64,000 nucleotides of DNA. Origin: Ptychomitrium polyphyllum. Its lineage: Eukaryota. The notes under the pieces are model-generated. The model saw only the letters and a list, made by a program, of their open reading frames with translations, searched no databases and had not been told where the DNA came from. Position 1 is the first letter of the stretch, and every line of letters starts with the position of its first letter. The stretch lies in assembly GCA_973851085.1 (NCBI GenBank), contig OZ316776.1, positions 6,324,001 through 6,388,000 on the forward strand, in the 5' to 3' direction. The position numbers and the translations under genes were made by a program. Positions 27,101 to 39,999 of this stretch are shown one piece after another.

Positions 27101-28910
27101 AACTGACCCAAGATAAAGTCGCCACCAACTCCGACTCTTGCTCTTTCTTACTTGTCCACCATTGAAGAGCATGGTCCTTTAGAAAGGTCACCGCAATTGA
27201 AACCTTGTCCACCTCTTCTAACTATTGAACATCATAATAGTTGTCCATTTCCAAAAGAAACTCCTTCACCTTCTTCGCTTTACTTAGCCGAGAAAAAGTG
27301 CTTGGTATGTTCACCTTGGCCAACTTCTTGGTCGAAGATGAGGACCTGGAACCTTCTTCCATCAAGTGCTCAATCAACCTCTCTTGACGGGCCCTTTTTT
27401 CTTTGCCACGCTTGAGTTCTTAGTTCACACCGTCCATGAACTCAAGCATTTTCATACAAAAACTTAAGTCTGGGTTTATTCTTTCTAAGCCCTTAGATGG
27501 CTCAAGAATCCCAGCTCTTGAGTACTCTCCACCCTCCAATGCTTCATCTTGTTGAGTTTCATCAACTTCCTCAGTGACTCTAATGTCATTCCCTTGCTCA
27601 TTGGAATCAAAGGATAGAGCCTCATTAATCAGATTGGAGTCTTTGTTCATCCTCGTGCGTAGTTGTTTAGAAGCCCCGGGCTCTCCTCCATCACCGGCCT
27701 TCTTCTTACCCATAGCCTCCTCGCAAAATAGCACTTGGATAATCAAAGCCTACTTTAATATCAAATGTTGCAACCCTTATAATGCGCCTTAGCAAGCATC
27801 ATGCACGTCAACCCTGTATACTCCCACATAGACATGATTAACCCCCATTCTCACTTTCCAAGTCTTTCTACCATTTCTCTTACAACACCCAATTGATTGG
27901 TAGCCAATGGTAACGTGCGGACTTCCATTCATGTCCAAGGCCTCATTTGGTGTTACTCCCATTCTATACGGCCTTACCGTACTTAGTGGTGTCTTTTCAC
28001 CACCACTCATGATCTCCATGTGATCTTAAGATCATCCCGGGCCATCATGGTGCCGACGTGAATGCACCACCCCAACTTAGCGGTAACAAACGTGCCCACT
28101 TGATCTCACTAGTTTCCTTTGTGAAACTGGCCGTCCACCGGCTCACAATGGTGTGGGAGTCCCCGTGGTGAAGCCCCAACACTAGCTCCACCAACCGGGA
28201 CTCATCCTTGGTTCCTACCGGGACACTAGGGGAGTGGGGAGGAGAACAAGCCTTCCCTTATAGTACTGTCTGTGGAATTCGACAGGCCCCTTGGCCCTCT
28301 GTAGCTAATTGAATCCCGACACATCCAAACTTTTGGAAGACCATCCGATTTCCCTTGGGACTTAGCCGCTGGAAGCCTCCGGGACTCCCAGCGGACCTTC
28401 AAGGAGCCATATCTTCCACGTCCAGTACCCAAATGTATCGAGAAACCATTATATCGTCATCTAATATTTGTGTAGATGCCGAAAGACTCCTCAAACATCC
28501 AATTTGAGTTAGTATTGTGGGAGATATGCCTCTCCCAAGGTTCGGAGCTCCCGGGGAGTCCCTCCCTGGACTGTCCCACTCCAGTATAGTCACTATGTAG
28601 GGCTGCCACAGTCCAAAACAGCCCCTTAGCAATCCCAACTTTGGGATGCCATATCTGTTAGCTCCCTTGTTTGATTTGAGCAATCTTTAGCATTCTAGAA
28701 GCAGCTCGTTGTGAGTATTCTAATGCCTACAATTTATTCCTCGTGGTCCTCGGTCTACATGGGCAAGGATGTTTCTCTCCTTTGGGGTTCTTCCCACGCT
28801 AGGCCCACTTGGTTCCCCTCACTATTGGCGCCACAAGTCCCGGATGTCACTCCGAAATCCCCTTTGTGTTCTTAGTATTGCGGGCTTTCCTCAAAGAAAG
28901 GTGCTCGACA
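21166..28910 (-). mobile_element. Ty3/gypsy chromovirus family B (Galadriel-like), full-length degenerate element B2 inserted in A1 gag
   Basis: LTRs at 21166-22310 and 27766-28910, TSD TCTTG, decayed tRNA-iMet-like PBS (TGATATTAAAGT vs TGGTATCAGAGC) near 27752-27763, PPT near 22311-22322. Clade call rests on the RT motif [17 protein letters not shown] and is tentative. Confidence 0.9.
23100..27713 (-). pseudogene. B2 gag-pol polyprotein (gag, CCHC zinc knuckle, PR, RT, RH, IN, chromodomain) with stops and frameshifts
   Basis: [55 protein letters not shown]; chromodomain YEVEGILKCRH*KKVGKEYLVKWRGY..ATW. The gag 3' part, PR and RT are in one frame. Confidence 0.92.
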
Positions 28911-29581
28911 TCTTGGCATTGTGAGTAGCAAGTCCTTTACATTCCCTCTAAAGCCCCATCGGAATCATGAGACCAAGGCTTTATCATTTCAATCAAGGTC
29001 ACAAGCTAATTGTCAAAATTTTGCAGCATATTTAGCAATTAAGCGCTGTCCTAGTTGGAGACTCTGGATCCTTGTCTTAGCCACCCTCTCTCGGTCGGTG
29101 TCCCCAAAAGTTGATGTTAATGCTTCTATAAAAGCATCTAAGTTATTCAATAATTGTAACTGCTGTTCCATCAATGGTGCAAATTACAATAATACATTGT
29201 TTGATAAAAGAGTGGCTACAAATCTCACTTGAGTTGTGCCATCAGGATAGCATGATTGATGCAAACTAAGGAAGAGTCTTACTTGTTGAACAAAGCCTCT
29301 CAATTTTGATCTTGATCAATCAAACTTGTCTAGCATGTTAATCTTTGGCTCTGCATGGGTTCGACGTAAGCTTTCCCTTCCAATATTACTCTCTTGCAAT
29401 CGAACAACCTCTTGATATATACTTTGAATATCATCATTGGATTCTTCAGCTTGCTGATTGTGTTGTTCTAATTGTTGGTGGTATTGAAACGAGCGAGTTC
29501 CGTTTGAACTGTGTTTAATAATTCTTGAAGGTCTGCAATAGTTGCAAACCTATTCTCTGATGTTCCAAGCACGTTATTCAT
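28911..29581 (-). pseudogene. gag: A1 gag, 5' part (3' part at about 20814-21165)
   Basis: Colinear with A2 gag 43484-44503; split by the B2 insertion. Confidence 0.8.
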
Positions 29582-29819
29582 TTTATAATATTTTCATAGA
29601 CAAGAAGACTATGAGTACCTTTGAAGGAGGGTAATCTATGTCTTTTAAAAGAAATAATTCCTGGTTTCTAGAAGGAGAAACCAATTCTATGATGCCAGCT
29701 TAAAGGAGGATAATCCGCAACCTCTAAGATGCTATGGAATTCTAAAGAAGATGGGTAATCCACAATCTTCTTCAAAGAACCTTAGCTCTGACAAAGATGA
29801 AGTAGTAGTTTTGCCAAAT

Positions 29820-30538
29820 TATTAGGGATATAAGAAACAAGGAGCAAAAACGAAGTGTTTTCCAAGAATCAGCTTTCAAAAAGCTAATGATTAACAAGAA
29901 CTTGATACAAACACTGGAACAAGACAGGATTCAAAATGGTCCACAATTTGTGTTGGCAAGACTAAGGAATACCTTGTCTTACCTCTTATTTATACTATGA
30001 CGTTTGTATCTCCTAGGATACTTCTAAAGAAGCTTCCTACAAGGCTTAAGAATGTTATGGAAGTCTCAGGAACCTTACGAAGAAATTTCCTAAGATGTTG
30101 GAACCTTCCTAATAAGCTTCCAAGGAATTAGAACCTTCCTTGGAAGTTTCCTAAGGTAGCGGAACCTTCTTAGGAAGTTTCCTAAAGAGATAGAACCTTC
30201 CTAGAAAGTTTCCTAAGGTGATGGAATCTTCGTAGGAAGTTTCCTAAGAAATTACTTAAGATGATAGAATCTTCTTAGGAAGTTTCCTAAAGAGATAGAA
30301 CCTTCCTAGGAAGTTTCCTAAGGTGATGGAATCTTTGTAGGAAGTTTCCTAAGAAATTACTTAAGATGATAGAATCTTCTTAGGAAGTTTCTTGAGGTAG
30401 AAGAACTTTCCTAGGAAGCTTTCAAAGAATATAGAAAGGCTATGGAGACATCTAAAAGTATTCTAAGAAGCTATAATAGTATAGTAGAAGGTTCTAGAAT
30501 GTTCTAAAGACTATGCTGCATGATCTATGTCCGTAACA
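29820..30538 (-). repeat. 5' LTR of A1 (expanded U3 repeats)
   Basis: LTR homology; PBS-like tagttttgccaa at 29806-29817. Confidence 0.88.
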
Positions 30539-32176
30539 AATCTAATTACAAAGTTCTACTGTGATTGAACGTCCTTGTTTTTGTGCAAAGTATTTAGCGT
30601 TATAGTTATACCTCTCATTCAATATGTACAAAGAGATTTCCTTGGACAATTATCAACCTTGTGGCCAGATTTTCCACAGTACAAATGCAACCCTTATTCC
30701 TTTTATTGCTTCAACTCATGTTCAGTAAGGAACTTGAAACAAACTGCATCAATTTATATGGCTTCCGCTCCCAAATATTTAATAGATGTAAACGAGGCTG
30801 AAGCTACTAAAATGTTGGTATATGGCTGAGGCGTAATAAAAGTCTATTTATTTTGTCGACGTTGAAATTAACAATTATGGCACTTCAAAGCTTAATTATT
30901 GGTGTCATCAAGTATTTGGGAATCTAGCATGGATAGCAACAAATCTTTAATCTTGTTGCATATGCTTCAATGAAATTGACTTATTAACGCTTCTTTTCTC
31001 CAATTGATGTTGCATGCAAGTTATCAAAATTCCAATGTATAAGTTGACATAGAACGTGGCCCTTGGCGCCATGCACAAATCTCAATAGTTGTAGAACGGA
31101 GCTTGTTATGGTTACCAAATGCTTCAGCAATCGCGGCTAGGAACGCATCAAAGTGTTAAATATGGGAGAAATTTTCTCAAAAAATGGTACAAACTATGAC
31201 AATTCTTGTTTTGAGAGCAACATTCCTACCAAACCAACGCGTGAAGTATCTATAGGATAATGTCAAGCTTGTAGCAAGGTAACAATTTGAACTTGATTTA
31301 CAAAGCCTTGAAATTTTGAATGTATATTATTAAACTTCTTTGGAAGGCTGATTCTTAGATTCTTCGCCTTTTGACATTGAATTCCTGACATAAACTTGTT
31401 TGTCTTTTATTAAACCTAGTTTAGACAATGAAGCACCTAAGTTGACTTGGAATATCAATTGCGGTGCTTCCGCTCTTTGACTATTATATATAATCATGTA
31501 CAATTCTTTATTTTGCTTGGATAAAGTTTCAATCTTGATTGTCAATGCTTTGAAGGCATTGATAATGGAATCTAATTTGGCTTCTTTTTAATTAGCCATA
31601 TAATTTTTTCACCTCTTCATATAGAAATGAAATGGAAACAAATAAAAACTGCTAAATACGCAAGATATCAAAGAAAATTGAAGAAGCAATATTAGTCCAT
31701 AGGAGAATAATCCGCAACTTTTAAAGTATTATACTATTTTTAAGAAGGAGGGTAATCTGCTCTCTATAAAAAAAAATCAAACTTTAATATTGTTGTATGA
31801 TAGTTTCAACAACCTGTTACGGATAGAATAGCGATAAGACAATGCTTCAGGATTTTAGAATGTAGAATAAGATATGTCCAAGGCATATTAGAAGTAAAGA
31901 GCTATCATAAGGTATAAAAATAAGATTAGAAGGTCTGAGCTTAAGCATATGAGATGCATTGTCAAAATTGAAGATCCTTTCAGCTTGAAATCTTATGTAT
32001 ACTAAGATTACAAGCCTTGGAAGCTTCTTGAGAAGCTTCTACTATTGAGAAACTTTGTACTCAAGCAATTTTGAGTTGCTTCTTTGGAAGCTTTTTAAGC
32101 TAAGGTAACTTCCTTAGGAGCTTTCCAAACCTTCTAAATACATTTTAAGATGCTTCTAATATGTATATCCGTGACA
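30539..32176 (-). mobile_element. Truncated Tcn1-like element of a related family C: 5' LTR (31815-32176) plus decayed gag
   Basis: LTR with terminal inverted repeats TGTTACGGATA...TATCCGTGACA. Minus-strand remnants GFVNQVQ..YP..RVGLVGMLL and LYCGKSGHKVDNC..VQSQ* align to family A gag. Confidence 0.75.
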
Positions 32177-32962
32177 CATATGTGATCACTAATTAATAAG
32201 TATTAATTGAATAATAATGATATGTAGCATAAAATTTGTATTATACACTCCAAATTTCCAATCAATTGTACACAAGTTGTATCAAAGAAGCTTCTTGATC
32301 AAGCTTGGAAATTATGTACTACAAATATCTTACATATAGTTTAATCTTGAAAAAAATTTAAATGAATTGTAGCTTCTAATAGAATACAAATTTTTAATAA
32401 TAGGCCTTTTTGGAAATGGCATTCCTTGCAAGACTAAACATTATAGTTGTACAAGGTTGCAAAAGACACTTATTTATATCTACTATATTCACTTGTTTTT
32501 TTTATGTTATAAAATTGGCAAAATATTTTTTTATGTATAACTTAACCTTAAGCATAACTTCCAAATTATTGCCAAACCAATACTAATGTCTACAAATAGC
32601 TCTCTTCCAAAAAATGAATAAGCTAGACAAAATTAGATAAAAATAAAGTAATTAGCACTTTCAAAGGTTTTAGTGATGTTACAAATTTTTGGCATTGGTA
32701 AAATAGTTTTTGCACATGTACTCTATGGTTGAAAAATATATCTAAAGTGTTGTGCAGAAACTTCTAAAAATGGTGGTTTACATTAATTTCTTAAATTCAT
32801 TTTATAAAGGCAAATGTTTGTCTCAATAAAATCAATCCACAAGGTAAATTTGCTATTAAATAAATTTTCTATCAATCTGCTACAATTCTATAAAGGCTTC
32901 ATTGACATGGTTATAATAGTGTCATAAAATTAACCACTTAGAAATTAAATTGAAGGCATTTG

Positions 32963-32975
<13 letters not shown>

Positions 32976-33021
<46 letters not shown>
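32976..33021. repeat. (TA)n microsatellite
   Basis: About 22 TA units. Confidence 0.95.
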
Positions 33022-33025
<4 letters not shown>

Positions 33026-33626
33026 ATATACAATTAAATTGATATTAATGCAATGTAATTTTTATTTTTATTTTTATTGTATTAATGAATTTAACTTGAT
33101 AGAATGAATTAAGTAAAAGTAAATGAATAATCTAAAAACCGCCTAATAGTTTGCATGGTTTTGTTTTTCTAAGTATTCATATGGTGGTAATCTATTGTTG
33201 AATGATGTAGAAGTGACTTTCATTGAATTAAATAATAGTGGCTTAGTATTGGATTATATTAAAGTGGCTATTGATTGGATTGTATTGATGTGGTTTCTTA
33301 ATAGATTACAAGATTTTGACTTTTTAAGTATTAAATGGTAGTGATTTTTGTGTAACTTTCAATTAATTTATATCATTTGAAGAAAAGAAATTTTACATGG
33401 GCTGAGAATTGTATGAAATAAGAGTTTAGATGTTGATTCATTTGAATTGATATTGGAATAGAAGTTTGTAATGTAGAATTTGTATTGATAAGCATTATAA
33501 AATGATTTAAAAGAATGAAGGTATCTTCTAAGGATCTAATGTGTTGAAGTATATTAAGTAGGCATTTTTGATGCATTATATGCATAACTTTGTAATACCT
33601 ATTCTATATATTAAATTGGTAGAATT

Positions 33627-34566
33627 TGTTAGAAATACAAGAAACAAGAAGTAGATACAAAATAGTTCCTAAAGATTAACTATTAAAAACTAATGATTAA
33701 CAAGAATTAACACAAAGACTAAAATAACGACACCATATAATATGATCCACAACTTGTATTGGCAAAACTAAGGTATACCTTGTATCACGGACATAGATTA
33801 TGCAATATAATCCTTAAAAAATTCTAGAACCTTCTAGTATATTATAATAGCTTCTTAGAATACTTTTAAATGTCTCTAGAGCCTTTTCATGTTCTTAAAA
33901 AGCTTCCTAAGAAAGTTCTTTCACCTTAAGAAACTTCTTAGAAAGGTTCTATCATCTTAGGTAACTTCTTAGGAAACTTCCTACAAAGATTCCATCACTT
34001 TAGGAAACTTCCTAAGAAGGTTCTTTTACCTTAAGAAACTTCCAAGGAAGGTTCCAACTCCTTGGAAGCTTTTTAGGGAGGTTCCCTAGACTTCTAGAAC
34101 ATTTTTAGCCTTGTAGGAAGCTTCTTTAGAAGTATTTTAGGAGATATAAGCGTCATAGTATAAATAGGAGGCAAGATAAGGTATTCCTTAGTCTTATCAA
34201 TACAAGTTGTGGATCACCTTGAATCTTGCCTTGTTCTAGTCTTGGTATCAAGTTCTTCTTGATCATTAGCTCTTTGGAAGCTAATTCTTGGAAAACACTT
34301 CGTTTTTGCATCTTGTTTCTTGTGTTCTTAACACCTTTTCTAACTCTTTTTTCATACTATGACGCTTGTATTTCCTAAGATACTTCTAAAGCAGCTTCCT
34401 ATGAAATTTAAGAATGTATTAGAAGTCTCTAGAATCTTCTTAAGAAGTTTTCCAAGAAAGTGGATTGGATATGGAAGCATCAAAAATAACTTAAGAAGCT
34501 ACTACAATATACTATAAGATTCTAAGAGATTCTAAAGATTATGTTGAACGATTTATGTCTGTAACA
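33627..34566 (-). mobile_element. Old family A-related LTR (A' subfamily) interrupted by a family A solo LTR
   Basis: Starts tgttagaaatacaagaaacaag and ends gtctgtaaca; inverted homolog at 45420-45775. Confidence 0.7.
33783..34333 (+). mobile_element. Solo LTR of family A nested in the A' LTR
   Basis: Reverse complement of the A LTR; near-TSD CCTTG/CCTTT. Confidence 0.82.
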
Positions 34567-34608
34567 TCAAGTGCTTCTTTAGCAACAAGTTCCAAAACAA
34601 GCTCCTAA

Positions 34609-36918
34609 TGTTGACACCCTTGTAATGTACCTTAACAACGTCACACACATCAACCTTATACACCCCCATATGTACATGGTTAACCCCCATTTTTACTTTC
34701 CAAGTCCTAAGTTTGGTTTCTAATTCTCTTAATCATTTCTCTTCGGATATCCAATTGATTGGTAGCCAGTGGTTAGATGCGGACTTCCATTCATGTCCAA
34801 GGCCTCACTTCAAATTATTTCCATTCCACACGACCTATACGTACTTAGCAGTGTCTCCTCACTACCACACATGATTTCCATATGATTCTAAGATCAACCT
34901 GAGTTAGTAAAATGTTGACGAGAAGACACCACCTCCATTTAATGATAACAAGCATACATTTTTGAACTCACTAGTTCTTTCCGTAGAACCGGTCACCCAT
35001 AGGCTCACAATGCTGTGGGAGTCCCCGTGGTGAAGCCCCAATACTAGCTTAATCAAATGGGATTCTTCTGTCGTGCACCTCTCTTATAGGAGTGCCCGCA
35101 ATACTAAGAACACAAGGGGGATTCCGGAGTGACATCCGGGACTTGTGGCGCCAATAGTGAGGGGAACCAAGTGGGCCTAGCGTGGGAAGAACCTCAAAGG
35201 GGAGAAACATCCTTGCCCATGTAGACCGAGGACCACGAGGAATAAATTGTAGGCATTAGAATACTCACAACGAGCTGCTTCTAGAATGCTAAAGATTGCT
35301 CAAATCAAACAAGGGAGCTAAAAGATATGGCATCCCAAAGTTGGGATTGCTAAGGGGCTGTTTTGGACTGTGGCAGCCCTACATAGTGACTATACTGGAA
35401 TGAGACTTCCCGGGAGCTCCGAACCTTGGGAGAGGCATATCTCCCACAATACTAACTCAAATTGGATGTTTGAGGAGTCTTTCGGCATCTATACAAACAT
35501 TAAATGACGATATAATGGTTGCTCGATACATTTGGGTACTGGACGTGGAAGATATGGCTCCTTGAAGGTCCGCTGGGAGTCCCGGAGGCTTCCAGCGGCT
35601 AAGTCCCAAGGGAAATCGGATGGTCTTCCAAAAGTTTGGATGTGTCGGGATTCAATTAGCTACAGAGGGCCAAGGGGCCTGTCGAATTCCACAGACAGTA
35701 CTATAAGGGAAGGCTTGTTCTCCTCCCCACTCCCCTAGTGTCCCGGTAGGAACCAAGGATGAGTCCCGGTTGGTGGAGCTAGTGTTGGGGCTTCACCACG
35801 GGGACTCCCACACCATTGTGAGCCGGTGGACGGCCAGTTTCACAAAGGAAACTAGTGAGATCAAGTGGGCACGTTTGTTACCGCTAAGTTGGGGTGGTGC
35901 ATTCACGTCGGCACCATGATGGCCCGGGATGATCTTAAGATCACATGGAGATCATGAGTGGTGGTGAAAAGACACCACTAAGTACGGTAAGGCCGTATAG
36001 AATGGGAGTAACACCAAATGAGGCCTTGGACATGAATGGAAGTCCGCACGTTACCATTGGCTACCAATCAATTGGATGTTGTATGAGAAATGGGAAGGGA
36101 AATTGGAAGCCAAGTTTGGGACTTGGAGAGTGAGAATGGGGGATAACTATGTGCTTGTAGGGATGTATAGGGTTAACGCACCTTACGTTTGTTAAGGTGC
36201 ATTATGAGGGTTGCAGTATCATCTTTGGTTCCTACGGGGACACAAAGGGAGTGGGAAAGGAAACTAACCTTTCTTTATAGTACTCTTTATGGAATTTGGT
36301 AGGCTCCTTTGCTCTTTGTAGCTAGCTGAATCCCGACATACCAAAAACTTTGGAAGACCACCTGAGCTCTCTTAGAACTTAGGCTTTGGAAGCCTCCAAA
36401 ACTTTCTGCAAACTTTCAAGGAGTCATATCTTCTTCATTTGGTATCTCAATCCAACAAGCGACCACTCTATCGTCAATTACTCTTTGCGTAGATGTTGAT
36501 TAATCCCTCAAACGTTTGATTTGATTTAGTATTTTGGAAGATATGCCTCTTTCAAGGTTTGGAATCCTTGGGAAGTCTCTCCTTGCATTGTCCCAGTTCA
36601 GCACAATCATAGTCTAGGGCTGCCATAGTCGAGAATTGCCCTTAGCAGTTCCAATTTTGGGGTGCCATTTTTTTTAGCTCTACTGTCCAATTTGAGCAAT
36701 CTTTAGCATTCTAGAATTAACTTGTCTTGAGTCCTCTAATGCCTACAATTTCTCCTTTGTGGCCCTCAATTTACATGGGCAAGAATATCTCTCATTCTTG
36801 GGATCCTTCTTATGCTAGGCTCACACAGTTCAGCTCACTATCGGCGTCACAAGTTCCAGACGTCACTTTGGGATCTCTCTTAGTGTTGCGGGCACTCCTG
36901 AAGGAGAGGTGCACGACA
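34609..36918 (-). mobile_element. Old family B solo LTR interrupted by a younger B solo LTR
   Basis: TGTTG...CGACA ends, near-TSD CCTAA/CCTAT; halves 34609-35068 and 36219-36918 join into one LTR. Confidence 0.82.
35069..36218 (+). mobile_element. Family B solo LTR nested in opposite orientation in an older B LTR
   Basis: Starts tgtcgtgcacc; near-TSD TCTTC/TCATC (the intact B LTR reads TCATC at this site). Confidence 0.85.
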
Positions 36919-37060
36919 CCTATATTAACTTGTTCTGCACATCTACACACATTCAAAAGTTTATTGAAGAACAGAAGCAACGTATTTTGGTTGTTATTTT
37001 TTGCCCATTAGCTTAATTGGTCTTTGCAAAAAATGCCAGTGACCATCAAGCAAGATTTTT

Positions 37061-38203
37061 TGTCGCGCACTCCTTCTTGAAGAGTGCCCGCAACACTAAG
37101 GGCACAAGGGAGACCCCGGAGTGACGTCCAAGACTTGTGGCGCCGATAATGAAGTGGCCTAAGTAGGCCTAGCATAGAAAGGATCCCGATGGAGAGAAGC
37201 ATCCTTGCCCATGTAAACTGAGGGCCACGAGGGATAAATTGTAGGCATTAGAGTACTCACAACGAGCTGCTTCTAGAATGCTAAAGATTGCTCAAATTGA
37301 ACAAGGGAGCTAAAGGTTATGGCATCTCAAAGTTGGAGTTGCCAAGGGGCTGTTCTAGACTATGGCAGCCCTATACAGTGATTGTACTGGAGTGGGCCAG
37401 TCCAGGGAGGAACTCCCCGAGAGTCCCGAACCTTGGGAGAGGCATATCTCCCACAATACTAACTCAAATTGGACGTTTGAAGAGTCTATCGGCATCTACG
37501 CAAACATTAAATGACGGTAGAGTGGTTGCTCAATAATTTGGGCACCGGACGTGGAAGATATGGCTCCTTGAAGGTCCGCTGGGAGTTCCGGAGGCTTCCA
37601 GCGGCTAAGTCCCAAGGGAAATCGGATGGTCTTCCAAAAGTTTGGATGTGTCGGGATTCAATTAGCTACAGAGGGCCAAGGGGCCTGTCGATTCCCATAA
37701 ACAATACTATAAGGGAAGGCTTGTTCTCCTCTCCACTCCCCTAATGTCCCGGTAGGAACCGAGGATGAGTCCTGATTGGTGGAGTTAGTGTTGGGGCTTC
37801 ACCACGGGGACTTCCATACCATTGTGAGCCGGTGGACGGCCGGTTTCACAAAGGGAACTAGTGAGATCAAGTGGACACGCTTGTTATCGCTAAGTTGAGG
37901 TGGTGTCTTTACGTCGGCACCATGATAGCCCGAGGTGATCTTAGGATTGCTTGGGGATCATGAGTGGTAGTGAGAAGACACCACTAAGTGCAGTTAGGCC
38001 GTGTGGAATGGGAGTAACACCAAATGAGGCCTTGGACATGAATGGAAGTCCGCAAGTTACTATTGGCTACCAATCAATTGGGTGTCGTAAGAGAAATGGT
38101 AGAGAGACTTAAAGAGTGAAAATGAAGATTAATTATGTGCATATGGGGGTGTTTAGGGTTGACGCGCGTGACGCTTATAAGGTGCATTACAAGGGTTGCG
38201 ACA
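37061..38203 (+). mobile_element. Family B solo LTR
   Basis: TGTCG...CGACA ends; near-TSD TTTTT/CTTTT. Confidence 0.88.
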
Positions 38204-39399
38204 CTTTTGTTGTTGAAATGTTCCAACTTAAGATGTAATCTTAATTAAGTCCTTTCAAAAATTATTCAAATACAATCTTTGGCTATCTAAAAGTAACTCT
38301 TCTAGTTTATGACATAATAATTAGAGTTCAAACATTTGAATCAAGACTCAAGTATGAAGGACAATTAGCCAATACTTCTACCCGTGGTCATTTCTTAAAT
38401 ATATTATAATATACTTCTAAGGTGTTGGAACCTTCCTAAATATATTTGAAATTATTTTAAGAAGCTTCTATAATATACTTAGGAAGGTTCCAACATCTTA
38501 GAAAATTTCTTGAGAAGGTTCCAACATCTTAGAAAATTTCTTGAGAAGATTCCGTACACACTTCCAGAACATTCTTTAGCCTTGTAGGAAGTTTCTTTAG
38601 AAGTATTCTAGGAGAAACAAGCGTCATAGTATAAATAGGAGGCAAGACAAGGTATTCCTTAGTCTTGCCAACACAAATTGTGGATTATCTTGTATCTTGC
38701 CTTGTTCTAATCTCTGTATCAAGTTCTTTTTAATTATTAATTCTTTGGAAGCTAATTCTTGGAAAACACTTTGTGTTAGGAACACAAGAAACAAGAAGCA
38801 GAAACGAAGTGTTTTCCAAGAATTAGCTTCCAAAGAGCTAATGATTAACAAGAAGGTTATACAAAGACTAGAACAAGGTAGGAGTTAAGATGATCCACAA
38901 CTTGTGTTGGCAAGACTAAGAAATACCTTGTCTTGCCTCCTATTTATACTATGACGTTTGTATTTCCTATGATACTTCTAAAGAAGCTTCCTACAAGGCT
39001 TAAGAATGTTCTGGAAGTCTAAGGAACCTTCCCAAGAAGTTTCCTAAGATGTTGGAACCTTCCTAAGTAGCTTCCAAGGAATTGAAACCTTCTTTGGAAG
39101 CTTCCAAGGAGTTGGAACCTTCCTTGGAAGTTTCCTAAGGTAGAGGAACCTTCTTAGGAAGTTTCCTAAGGTGATGGAACCTTCCTAGGAAGTTTCCTAA
39201 GGTGGAGGAATTTTCCTGGGAAGCTTCTTAAAAACATAAAAAATGCTATGGAGACATCTAAAAGTATTCTAAGAAACTATTCTAGTATACTAGAAGGTTC
39301 TAGAATGTTCTAAGGACTATGTTCCATGATTTATGTCCGTGACATTTCCTCCCCTTTTAGCGACGAGTCCCATGAAGAGTTGTTTTCTTGGCTTGCTTG

Positions 39400-39999
39400 T
39401 CACATTTCTACAAATTCCAAAATTTGTTGAAGAAGTGAAGCAACATACTCTGCTCGTTGTTCTCTGTTCACTGGTTCAATTGGTCCTTGCAAGAAACGCT
39501 AATGGCCACCAGCCAAGACTTCTGTTGTTGAAATGTCCCATCCCAAGATCTGATCATGATTAAGTCCTTCGCAACATCCTCCAAACAAGATTTCGGGTCC
39601 TCCAGGGGTGACTCTTCCAATTTCTAACAAGATGACTAGAGCGCAAGCATCTGAATTAAGACTGGAATGTAAAGAGCGACTAATCAATACTTCTGCACAA
39701 GGTTGTACTCGACGTTGGGATGTCCCTCTCATATCTTGACTTAGATCCTCTGTTACCAAGGGCTGAGAAAGTTGAGTTGGCTCAACAGATGCTGTTGTTG
39801 ATGAAGGCATGGCCAACTGCTCTTCACGCATATCCATGATAACACGAAGATTTGACATACTCGGTAGGATCTAGAAATGATCTATCTTGGAAATAACGCT
39901 GCATACAATTGGAGGTCTGGATATCTCTCCTCCCTTCTTATACTTGTCTACGAAGGAAAAACTTCTTTGTGAAGCTAACGGCTGCTGATAACACATCAT
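39400..39999 (-). pseudogene. Putative extra ORF3 between pol and PPT of A2 (~199 codons, two internal TAG)
   Basis: Its ATG overlaps the pol TGA; ORF-track pieces 39871-40083 and 39499-39858 are in the same frame; homologous frame in A1. Confidence 0.5.

Larger units (their letters stand above)
14946..30538 (-). mobile_element. Ty3/gypsy chromovirus family A (Tcn1-like), element A1; degenerate and carrying two nested family B insertions
   Basis: LTRs at 14946-~15528 and 29820-30538; PPT next to the left LTR. gag-PR-RT(YLDD)-RH-IN-chromodomain on the minus strand with many stops. No matching TSD (ATCAC vs AATCT). Confidence 0.88.
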
